Source: a virus
Strand: one strand, 5' to 3'
IMG/VR virus record: IMGVR_UViG_3300037189_006220
Location: 56,519-120,518 of that record
Length of the DNA stretch: 64,000 nt
Part shown: positions 36,067 through 45,900 of the stretch, one piece after another
Layout: each line of letters begins with the position of its first letter
Numbering within the stretch: the first letter of the stretch is position 1
Notes under the pieces: generated by a model
Told to the model about the DNA's origin: nothing
The model's database searches: none
Seen by the model: only the letters and a program-made list of their open reading frames with translations
Program-made: the position numbers and the translations under genes

Positions 36067-37895
36067 TAGAGTTTGCCTCCCTTATCGTCTTTAAGTAGTG
36101 CGAGTAGCTGGTTCTGGTCTTTGACAATCTGTTCAAAGTTATCAGCCTTAGTGTCGAGTACTTGGCGCACTCGCTCTTCGACAGTACCCTCGGTCACATA
36201 GTCTGTGATGATGATGTTGTCGTGAATCTCCGAACCGATACGGTGTACACGGTCATTGACCTGCTTGTCGTCCACGAGCGACCAAGGGCGCTGTAGGCGG
36301 ATAAGACGACGAGCTGCGGTAAGCGTAATACCAACTCCACCAGCCTGAGCCGTAAAGAGAATCCACTTAGTCTTACCGGACTGGAAATCGTCAACAGCTT
36401 GCTGACGCTGGTCTGCATCTTGTGCTCCAGTAATAAGACCGTGGTCAATACCAGCCTTAGTTAGACGGGCACTCAGCAGTTCAATTAGCTGGCGAGAGAC
36501 AGCAGATACAGCGACAGAGTCAGTACCGAAGTCTCCATTTGAAATATCATCCATGAGAGCATCGATTTTACAAGAAGGCTCTGACAGTAAAGCCTTAGGC
36601 TCTCCTGTAACCTCATTGACTTCGATAGTCGAATAGGCACTAGCAAACTGAAGCAGACGCAGGGTCTGAGTAAGAACACTAGGAGCAGACAGAACTGCAC
36701 CACCCTCAAGTTCAGCAATCATCAGGTCACGCATATCGTTGTATGCCTTCTTCTGCTTTGTTGACATCTCAACATCGCGACGCTCTACAGTTACCTCGGG
36801 CAACCAAGGAAGAACAACCTGCTTGAGCATACGACGCATACGAGGATTCACGGAGGCGTAAAACTCATCGCTCATGTGGTTCTTAATACCAATGACCATC
36901 ATGCCACCGAAGGCATTAATCATGGTGTCCACCATACGGTCAATCCAGCGAGTCTTGCTGGGGAACTCCTCGGGGGAGAGCCAGTGGAGGATAGTCCACA
37001 TATCAAGTACATTGTTAGCAACAGGAGTACCAGTCAAAGCAAAGCGAATGTCTGCGTCTCCAGTAGCCGACCACAGTGCACGAGTCTGCTTGGACTTGGG
37101 GTCTTTAGAACGGTGAATCTCGTCAGCAATGACTGACTTGAACTCAATCTGGTTCAGCTCCCGAGGGTGTACCTCACACTTGGTGATAGTGACTTTCTCA
37201 TTGTGACCACCGCACTCCATACAACGAGCAAGTGCAACAGAGCCATACGGAGCAAGGCGCGAGTGAGTACGGAGCGACTCCCAGTTAATAACAATGACGT
37301 GAGGCTTAGGCTCTTCATCAGCCGGGTCAATAAGCGGAGCAAACTGCTTACGACGTGATACCGCAGTACCACCAATAACCTGTACCCGAACACCGGGCCA
37401 CCACTGCTGGAACTCTCGTTCCCAGTTCTTCTTCAGAGTATTGGGACAAACAACAAGAGCAGGGAAGACATCCTCGCCCTTCTCGTGGAGACGAGCAAGA
37501 CCACGAATAGCTTGAGCAGTCTTACCAAGTCCCGGCTCATCTGCGAGAAGTGCTCGCTTAGCCGTAGCAAGGAACTCAACACCAGCACGCTGATGAGGGA
37601 ACAAGTCCTGATAGCCCTCTTCCATGTTCGTAATTTCACGAAGAGCGTTAGAGGGGTCGATACGCGTAGCCTTCTCATTAGCAGCCCACGCTCCAAGAGC
37701 AGGACCAATCTCAAGGTCACTACGGAATGTAGAACGCAGAGCAAGACATCCTGACCACGAAACAGGCATACGCCACAGGCTCTCTTTGGCTACCCAAGTA
37801 GCACCCGGAATACTCTTGCAGAGTTCCTTGTAACGCCATTCAGCGTTAATAATAATGTTCTGACCCGATTCATCAAGGTCAACAGATACAGCCAT
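36066..37895 (-). CDS. SNF2-family helicase
   Basis: LADEPGLGKT, DEIH, LTGTP, GVGITLT, RVHRIG. Confidence 0.92.
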   Translation of the reverse strand: MAVSVDLDESGQNIIINAEWRYKELCKSIPGATWVAKESLWRMPVSWSGCLALRSTFRSDLEIGPALGAWAANEKATRIDPSNALREITNMEEGYQDLFPHQRAGVEFLATAKRALLADEPGLGKTAQAIRGLARLHEKGEDVFPALVVCPNTLKKNWEREFQQWWPGVRVQVIGGTAVSRRKQFAPLIDPADEEPKPHVIVINWESLRTHSRLAPYGSVALARCMECGGHNEKVTITKCEVHPRELNQIEFKSVIADEIHRSKDPKSKQTRALWSATGDADIRFALTGTPVANNVLDMWTILHWLSPEEFPSKTRWIDRMVDTMINAFGGMMVIGIKNHMSDEFYASVNPRMRRMLKQVVLPWLPEVTVERRDVEMSTKQKKAYNDMRDLMIAELEGGAVLSAPSVLTQTLRLLQFASAYSTIEVNEVTGEPKALLSEPSCKIDALMDDISNGDFGTDSVAVSAVSRQLIELLSARLTKAGIDHGLITGAQDADQRQQAVDDFQSGKTKWILFTAQAGGVGITLTAARRLIRLQRPWSLVDDKQVNDRVHRIGSEIHDNIIITDYVTEGTVEERVRQVLDTKADNFEQIVKDQNQLLALLKDDKGGKL

Positions 37896-37934
37896 AATTC
37901 CTTCTTTGTGTCGTTAAAGTCTACCGGATAGTTG

Positions 37935-38414
37935 CTAGGAACGCAGTCTATTCAATGGCGACCAACCTAACTTTACCATATAAAGCAGTCCATGCCTAAT
38001 CGAGTCCAAGGCATGTCCCTCCCCGCCTCGGTGCCAATACTCAAGTTTCTTGAGTTTGGCATTGTCAAACATAGCTTTAGCGTCTGCTGGAGACTGAAAA
38101 ACAATGTCATCAGGTGAGCCACCAAAGTCCATCATAATTTGCTTAAGGATTCCAATATGCTCCAAAGAATACGGAGCTTGTGAGTTCTTCACAGTCTGAG
38201 AGTTAATCGTAAATCGCTCACATACAATGTGAACTTCACACTCTTCATTAGTGTCTCGGATTCCCTCTAGGCTTCCACGAATCCAATTTGCGTATGTTTC
38301 TAGGGTTGCCTCAAAAGACTCCAACATAACTGGTTCTTCCCCACTCACATATGTGAATAGGGAAAGACCAGTAGCCTTGCCGGGGTCAACTGCGAGGACG
38401 TACTGCTTGGTCAA
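37935..38414 (-). CDS. RuvC-like Holliday junction resolvase
   Basis: LAVDPG..TG, VCE.F, HA.D..RH; probable TTG start. Confidence 0.8.
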   Translation of the reverse strand: MTKQYVLAVDPGKATGLSLFTYVSGEEPVMLESFEATLETYANWIRGSLEGIRDTNEECEVHIVCERFTINSQTVKNSQAPYSLEHIGILKQIMMDFGGSPDDIVFQSPADAKAMFDNAKLKKLEYWHRGGEGHALDSIRHGLLYMVKLGWSPLNRLRS

Positions 38415-40251
38415 CTTTAGCCACCTCTTCCTCGTACTTAGCTCCCCAGTTTTCAAATGGACCATCTGCACCTGCTGTAAGTGGTACAGACCACCCGTCA
38501 CGAGTAGTCATACACTCAGCAACTATGTGCTTCATCTCTTCTGCATCTTCACGAGGAACTTGAATCACGATTTCATCGTGTACAGGAACAATCATGTATT
38601 CGGTAAGGTCAGCTTGGTCAAGCTTTACAAGGTTTTGCTTAAAGACTTCAGCAGCCGTTGCCTGAATCATGTAGTTAGTTAGCGAATAGACACGGTCATC
38701 ATCACAGGGAAGACGGCGACCAGTTCGTGTCTGAACATAGCCCTGACCCTCTTCACGCAGACGACGCATACCCGCGTCCTCTACCTTGCGCTGGAACATC
38801 TTAACTCCCGGGTAGCTGGAATCAAAAGCATCAACAACAGACTTCATCTGCTCAGTCTGAACTCCAGCAGTAAGAGCCATCTTATCTACGCCAGCACCAT
38901 AAAGCTTTCCGTAGATGACACCCTTGATTAGTTTACGACGAGGGTCAGATTTTTGGAGGGTACTATCACGATACACCTGACGCATAATCTCAGTAAATAC
39001 ATCCCCACCAGTGCGGTCAGCCTCATTGAAAAGGTCAATGAGAGACTGGTCTTCGCTAAAGTTAGCCGTCAGACGGAACTCAACTTGGTCGAGGTCAGAG
39101 GAGATGATGACGTGGTCTTCATCCTTCGGGATAAACGCACGACGAACAGTAGCGTCCCCCGAGGGAAGAGTCTGCAAAGCAGGATTAGTAATCGACATAC
39201 GACCAGTACGAGCCTGAAGCGTATTGATGTTCGGGTGCAAGAACCCGCCTACGTTGTCTCCAAGGAAGTTACTGAAGTAGGAGCTGGCAAGCTTATCAGC
39301 CTTACGCTGTTTCAGCACAGAGTCAGCAAGTACCTTGACCTCATTACTGCCATCACGGACAAGCATCTTCAACTGGTCTTTAGTCATCGACTTATTGCCA
39401 GAGGCAGTTGTTTCAGTAATCTCAGCACCAAGACCCTCAAATGCACGAACAAGCTGGACGTTACTCGTAATAGATAGACCATTATAAGTATTCTTAGCCC
39501 ACTGCTTAACGCTGTCTGTATAAGCAGTCAACTCATCTAGCTTGCGCTGAGAATATTCAAGGTCAACTCGGGCACCATTGATTTCCATACGAGTTGTGAT
39601 ACGACGAGTAGCCATCTCCAACTCATAAGGAATGCTGTACATCTTGCCGGGACCACACTTCTCATAGAACTGCTCCCACAGCTTCATTGTCAGCACGGTG
39701 TCAAGCGCACCATAAGCCCAGTATGGCTCGAAGTGGACAGGAACAGTTCCCCATGTCCAACCATTCTCAGCAAACTGCTTGTTGAGCGTATCCTGTAGAG
39801 CAACAGAACGATAGTCAACGTATGTACCAGACAGGCTCTTGAGAGCAGCTGACTCCAAGGGGTTGATGACCTGAGACATAATCATGGTGTCGTGTGCTTT
39901 GTGCCACGGCAAATCCCACTCAGACTTGACGGCAAACCACTTAGCCTCAAACGCAATGTTGTGGCAGACAATCTGTCCGTCATATCCCTTCATGCCCTGA
40001 TAGAACACGCCCTTCCATGAGTCCCACGGAATTGCCCAGCCCTGCTCGCCGTCACCTACCTGAGCAAGACGAATATCACCATGCCACGGAGAAAGTGCGC
40101 CCTTCTTATCAGTACCGGGGTACTCCCCGGTCTCAATATCAATCGCTACTGCATCATGTGGACGACGCTCTCCAAGCCAAGTGAGAAACTCTCCGGCTTT
40201 GGCAACGCTATCTACAAGGTGGAGCTTGGTGTCTGCGAGTCCATTACTCAT
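38386..40251 (-). CDS. polA: family A DNA polymerase with 3'-5' exonuclease
   Basis: DIET, TGR.S...P.LQ, D..Q.E.R, R...K...YG..YG, VHDE. Confidence 0.95.
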   Translation of the reverse strand: MSNGLADTKLHLVDSVAKAGEFLTWLGERRPHDAVAIDIETGEYPGTDKKGALSPWHGDIRLAQVGDGEQGWAIPWDSWKGVFYQGMKGYDGQIVCHNIAFEAKWFAVKSEWDLPWHKAHDTMIMSQVINPLESAALKSLSGTYVDYRSVALQDTLNKQFAENGWTWGTVPVHFEPYWAYGALDTVLTMKLWEQFYEKCGPGKMYSIPYELEMATRRITTRMEINGARVDLEYSQRKLDELTAYTDSVKQWAKNTYNGLSITSNVQLVRAFEGLGAEITETTASGNKSMTKDQLKMLVRDGSNEVKVLADSVLKQRKADKLASSYFSNFLGDNVGGFLHPNINTLQARTGRMSITNPALQTLPSGDATVRRAFIPKDEDHVIISSDLDQVEFRLTANFSEDQSLIDLFNEADRTGGDVFTEIMRQVYRDSTLQKSDPRRKLIKGVIYGKLYGAGVDKMALTAGVQTEQMKSVVDAFDSSYPGVKMFQRKVEDAGMRRLREEGQGYVQTRTGRRLPCDDDRVYSLTNYMIQATAAEVFKQNLVKLDQADLTEYMIVPVHDEIVIQVPREDAEEMKHIVAECMTTRDGWSVPLTAGADGPFENWGAKYEEEVAKVDQAVRPRS

Positions 40252-40507
40252 CTAAACCTTCCTCATAATCGTCATCTTCGTATTCGTCATATTCGTCTTC
40301 ATCATCCTCTAGGGGACGCATCATCATCGCATCTAGAATCATGTGTGCGAGTATACCATTGGCAGTACGCACAGGAAAACCCACCTTGATAAGTTCTCGG
40401 TGAACTTCATGCATCTCCACCAACATTGTGTGAAGAGGGCTTGTATATTCGTCAGAGTTATTACGCTCTGTTGGTTTTTCTTTTGGTTCTTCTGGGTTTT
40501 CACTCAC
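40244..40507 (-). CDS. hypothetical acidic protein
   Basis: Coupled ORF; HE...L...GF motif. Confidence 0.7.
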   Translation of the reverse strand: MSENPEEPKEKPTERNNSDEYTSPLHTMLVEMHEVHRELIKVGFPVRTANGILAHMILDAMMMRPLEDDEDEYDEYEDDDYEEGLDE

Positions 40508-40974
40508 GGAATGTGCTCAACTCTGTAGACGGAATCAATTCCTGCATCCTGTTTAGACGCATCTTCAAGGACGCGTTGGGCGACCTTTGTCAGGTATCGA
40601 GCACCTCCCTCATCATATTTGTAGAGAGCATCAAGAACCGATTCCGGCTCCTCACTTACTTGTGCCCAATACCTAAACTTCTCGGGAAATACAAGAGGAG
40701 CCTCAAAAGTAGGAGAGCAGTCAGGGCATGGCAGAGCATCTTTATCTAGCTCAGACACAGGCTTTTCACTTAGACCATATCGGTCAACAAGCGAGCAAGC
40801 TCCAGAGTGGTAAACAAGAGATACGCCAACCCGAGAGAGAATGTATGAACCATTCTCTGTACGGTATAGCTCAAACTCAATCCAACGTGAAGAGCCTCGT
40901 CGCCAAGACGAGGATTCACCTAGTAGCTTCCCTTCGAACTGTAAGGTTCGGGAGCCATCCTTTACTTCATACAT
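40504..40974 (-). CDS. hypothetical protein
   Basis: F.G..L..RW.E..LYRT..G.Y pattern with CxxC. Confidence 0.75.
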   Translation of the reverse strand: MYEVKDGSRTLQFEGKLLGESSSWRRGSSRWIEFELYRTENGSYILSRVGVSLVYHSGACSLVDRYGLSEKPVSELDKDALPCPDCSPTFEAPLVFPEKFRYWAQVSEEPESVLDALYKYDEGGARYLTKVAQRVLEDASKQDAGIDSVYRVEHIP

Positions 40975-41042
40975 TTTAGTCCTTGTGTCCGTTTTCTAAA
41001 TCATATCAGATACAGAAGACGACTAAGCTTAGTATTTCTAAC

Positions 41043-41207
41043 TTACTTAGCCACAGCCGAGACAATATCCGAGATATATTGACCACAAGGACCGCAAACA
41101 ATAAGAGGAGAGTTTGCGTCAGAAGCTATGGTAATTGGGATATCTTCATTAATACATTTTTTAGTGTGACATGTAGCAACATAGTCAGCAAAATTAAGTT
41201 CTTCCAT
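41043..41207 (-). CDS. small Cys-rich tail-associated protein
   Basis: Not in track; MEELNFADYVATCHTKKCIN..VCGPCGQYISDI. Confidence 0.7.
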   Translation of the reverse strand: MEELNFADYVATCHTKKCINEDIPITIASDANSPLIVCGPCGQYISDIVSAVAK

Positions 41208-41225
41208 AATTTTTATTGTATCAGG

Positions 41226-42905
41226 TTACTGTGCAGTTCCAGCTGAGTAGGCACTTGTTGTCATTTGAACAGCATGCCACCCAAAAATGTAAGGTCCTAC
41301 CCACGTAGAAGTATCAAGAACGTGGCGACCATATAGTACAAAGCCGGAGCTGGAAATTGAACCAGCATTTCCGACAAGTGTATATGCTGACGCGGATTGA
41401 CAGTTAACATTTACAACTGGAACTTGACTAAAACGTCCTGCTGGAAAAGTGACTGACACGCTAGCTGCAACCTGACTTCCACCATTAAGGCTTACAAGAC
41501 CAGCAGATTCAGCATATGCAGAATATGGAGAGTAGTTGTGACCAGTCGAGTAGAGCGTACCACCAGTATCAAAAGATACATAGTTAGTATTACTCCATCC
41601 ACCAATACGGAATACATTATCTGTATCTAGTCCCATATTTATGGCATAAATTCCGGGTCTATGGAAACTTATTGAAGCAGCGTTGCTACCATCTCCTCGC
41701 ACAGATAGTGCACCACTATCATTACTTCCAGAGATAGCACCTCCGGTGTTTGTTTTTCCAACAATAAGACCAGTCATTGAGCCACCAGCCAGAGGAAGTT
41801 TAGAACTTAGAGCATCATCAAGACCACTAACTTTAGCAGTAGCAATCGTCGAGACATTTTTCCATACACCATCAGCACCGACATACTGTATAAGGTCGCC
41901 ATCTGTTTTTGTGGCAGTATGCCCAATGCTCACATCGTGAAGCTCGTCTAGCTCGAAACCGTTTTGTGGGCGAACAAAAATCTCACCATTATTGCTATTT
42001 GCACGAGTAACAACGCCTATAAAAACTAGGTGAGCAGGAGCATACGGCTTATTAGTCAAACCATAGATAAGGTTTCCAGAAGTACCTAGCCACACCGGGT
42101 CACCCGCGCTAGCCGTGTGTGTATCAAGACCGGACAGTAGACCTTCAGTAATAACATTTACAAACGCATTAGTAGAACCGCCTGTTTCTAGCAATCCCAT
42201 AGTTTTACTAGAAGTAGCTTCTGTCGCATTTGATGCTTTAGAAACAATCATGTTAGTTCCGTTAGCAGAACTTACATATACAGCTTGCCCCTTGGTAATC
42301 GCTTCACCAAGTTTTACTTGATGCTTAATAGTTTGGGTATATGAAGCAGCGGGGGCTTCGTCAATCCATTGAGTGTTGTAGTCTGTCCCATCTACCTTAG
42401 AAAGAATTTGCCCAGCTGTACCCCCCGGGGGAAGCGATGAATTTGCATTAATTGTTGTAACAACAACTTGACTCAGGGAGTTAAGACCGAGGACATCAAT
42501 CGTGGGTGAAGTCGGAGGAACATACATATCTCCGTCAAGCACAAGATAGCCCGTGCTTCCCGGTTGGAGGACAATATCACCCGGGACAACTGTAGTATCA
42601 CCCACAGTAGACGGTCCAGGTCCACTAGTAAGCGTCAACGTAGAGTCAGAAACTATATTATTGACAATTCCAAGATGCTCGGTATTGATGGCACCACGAC
42701 TAATTTTTTGCCCCGAGACAGTTCGGTCAGCTACTTTATCGCCTGTAACGGAACCATCAGCAAAGTGGTCAGTGACAAGGTAACCAGCTTCAATATTAGG
42801 ATTACTAATATCTTTTTCAGAGTTGCCTTGACGAGAGTCAAGCTCGTTAATTTTATTTGCAATAGAGCGTCCAGCTCTATACCTATTACTCGCCAACTTT
42901 ATCAA
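41226..42905 (-). CDS. minor tail / tail fibre protein
   Basis: G.VT..K.A repeats, LDELHDV, LPLAGG.MTG, C-terminal V.FP.GRF...P H-lectin-like domain. Confidence 0.78.
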   Translation of the reverse strand: MIKLASNRYRAGRSIANKINELDSRQGNSEKDISNPNIEAGYLVTDHFADGSVTGDKVADRTVSGQKISRGAINTEHLGIVNNIVSDSTLTLTSGPGPSTVGDTTVVPGDIVLQPGSTGYLVLDGDMYVPPTSPTIDVLGLNSLSQVVVTTINANSSLPPGGTAGQILSKVDGTDYNTQWIDEAPAASYTQTIKHQVKLGEAITKGQAVYVSSANGTNMIVSKASNATEATSSKTMGLLETGGSTNAFVNVITEGLLSGLDTHTASAGDPVWLGTSGNLIYGLTNKPYAPAHLVFIGVVTRANSNNGEIFVRPQNGFELDELHDVSIGHTATKTDGDLIQYVGADGVWKNVSTIATAKVSGLDDALSSKLPLAGGSMTGLIVGKTNTGGAISGSNDSGALSVRGDGSNAASISFHRPGIYAINMGLDTDNVFRIGGWSNTNYVSFDTGGTLYSTGHNYSPYSAYAESAGLVSLNGGSQVAASVSVTFPAGRFSQVPVVNVNCQSASAYTLVGNAGSISSSGFVLYGRHVLDTSTWVGPYIFGWHAVQMTTSAYSAGTAQ

Positions 42906-45900
42906 TCGCCCATTCTGGAAGTAGCGTCAGCTGAACTGACTCAGGGAAAGTAGTACCATCTGGAACTGTAACTGAGTACGAATCAATTTTACGCACAATA
43001 ACATCTGGTCGAGTTTCATACCCGGCGGAAAGACGCTCAGATACAAAGTAATCTTGGACGATAATACTGCACCAATCACCCGGGGCATATGTTCCAACAA
43101 AAGGATTAAGAGAGCCATTTACTGTCATGCTCATCTTGATATCTGGGGGAGATGCCTCAACCATATACTTTTTTGCATATGCATAGAGAGTGGTCTTGTC
43201 ATTAATCTTACTTACCTTTTGGTCAGCATCAAGAATGGGCCATCGTCTCCCATCTCCGCCAGACCCCTTGAGCAAGTCATTAGCTGAGTAGACTGAGATG
43301 TTAGGTCCAATATTTGCCCCACCAGAAATCTCTCCCGTAGTAAAGAATCGAGTAGCGGATGTCTCAGCAGTTTCATTCATACTCATAGTGATGATATTTC
43401 CGGGATACTCAAATACAGTCTTATCAGCACCGAATCTACTCAGTGGTGACACCTCTCCTGTAGGAGGGGTCCCGGGAACATCATTAGCAATTAGAACAAA
43501 AGTCTTTATGAACTTGTTTGTATCAGCATCATAAGAACAGTCGATTCGGTAAGTAAATCCAGTAATACCATCCGAGTATGAGTCTAGAACTTCACCAACT
43601 GTTTTAAGTTCAGACCCGCGAACTGTAGTTGGAATAACATTTACACCAGAATACTCAGCGGTAGAAAATTTAATTCCAATATCTGAGTTACTAGGGAATG
43701 GACCAAATGAACTAACAATAGCTCGTGGAGTTGTCTTAGCATGACCATATCCCGGGGTGCCGACCACATCAATTGTACGTTGCCTTGTCAGAGTCAGTGA
43801 AGATGTGCCAGATGTAACTGCAATACCCGGGCTATTGTATGTGATAGTTACAGTAGTCGAGGTATAGGTTACGGAGGCGATTGTAAATGTGCCCAAGAAG
43901 CGGTCTGTATTGTCTCCAGAAATAGAGAATGTGCCACCAATTGTAATACCAGTTCCTACAGTGTAGTTATCTGTATTTATAGGAAGAACCACGGTACATG
44001 TAGAAGTAGTTGCTGTGGCTAATGTAATACTACGAGTTGCATATTTACTAAAGCGAACTGAATTAGCAGATACATCGTGGCTAGTAATCGTATATGTACC
44101 AGAAAAAGTAGACCGCTCGACAGCAAACCCAGATTGACCAGCAGTATCCTCATTTAAGTTTGTAGATAGTCCAGAAATGACTAGAGGATATTGGAATGAG
44201 TTAGTCGATACTCCAGTAATGATGGCATTAGAAGTATTAAATACACTCGGTTTTTTAACGTGACCATCTACCGTAACTTGGGACACAGCACTTGGTACAG
44301 TTTGAGAAAAAGTGAATGTATCTGCCGACACCTTGGTAATAGTCCATGTCGGATTAGCGTCAGTATTGTTGTGGATACTGTCGGTCTTAACAGTTGGCTC
44401 AACATCAGTAGTAGTAGCTGAAGTATTAAGAATAGAAGTACCAAACGGTAGACCAGCCACCAAACGCGTAACTACTCCACCAGTAATTGTGGTCAAAGAT
44501 GTTACTGCTCCTGTGTACGCATATGTGTAGGTTCTAGTACCATTAGAGTTTGCTGTAGCTGATGCCACTACAAAAGTGCCATCAAATCTAGAGTTACCCG
44601 TGGCAACAAGAATTGTATCACCAGCAGATAAGACAATGCCAGTAGTAATAATGGTGCATATTTTTGCTGTGGCAGAAACTTGAGCTACTGCACCACGAGT
44701 AAGTACATCATTTCGAACTGCTGTAACTGTTCCAGTTGTTGTAGTTGATGCCTCGGCAGTTCCACTAAGAAGATATGTAATCTTGACAACATTAGTATCT
44801 GTGCCAGAAATAGACACAACTGTATTCTCTACGCTCTCAATTTTTACAGAAGAAGTATTGTAGCGAGAGCCAACGCCAGCAACAACAATATAGTCGCCAA
44901 CAGCGTAGTTATGAAAATCTTCTAGAGTAAGTTCACATAGAGTAGCACTCGAGTATCGAATAAGAACATTACTTGTTTTTGTATAGCTAAAAGATTTTCG
45001 ATATGGAGTCCCGCCTACGGCGGGAATTGCGCTTACTCGGTATCGTCCAGAAAATATACTATCTGCCTTGGCTCGTGTAGTTGAATATACTCCATTAAGG
45101 ATGACAGACGATGGAGTCACCTCTGCAACATCAGAACCTTTAGACTCATAGGTAATAGTATTTGCCGAATAATCTACCCCGCTAAGGGTAAACCAATCAT
45201 CCGTACCCGAGGGGCTATCAATTCGAGTATTGCCGGTATAGCGGACTCGAATAGTATCTCCAACGGCATAGGGCGGAGTGGCGTTTAGAGTGATGGTAAC
45301 CGAGTTACCAGAGGCAGAATACTTTTTAATATCTGCATAGATAATGTCAACATTTCTAGGCAATTCATCATTTACTGATGGCTTATTGTATGAAACTGTA
45401 GTTGCTGTTACAGACGAAATTGTATAAATACCATTAAAAATACTTGTCTTCGATTTAGCAACGCCACTCGAAGGAATTGTTCCTGTATTTGCAGTAGAAA
45501 GAGCGTCTTTAAGTTTATTGAGCGCTGCAAGTTTTGCTTTTACAGTTGGGTCATTTGAGACAACTTTTACTTTACGATTTTTTGCTGAAGTAACAGCGTT
45601 GTTATATGCAGTATTAGCATTTACAATTGCTTGACTTGTCGTGGCTTTAAAGCCAATTGTTTGATTAGTAGTCTCGGTAATTTGATGGGTTCCATCATAC
45701 ATAACATCACCCGTGCCGGAGATAGTTATTTCATCATTAACTGAAAAGTTATGTGGAAAATCGAATGTAACTGTGGCAACTCCATCAACTAGAGTATGGG
45801 AAATAACTTTACGACTATCTTTCAAGTTTGAGACAGTGATTTGGTCATTTACCCGACAATTATTTGCCCCAATAGTTAAAGTAGCAACACCATCAGTAAG

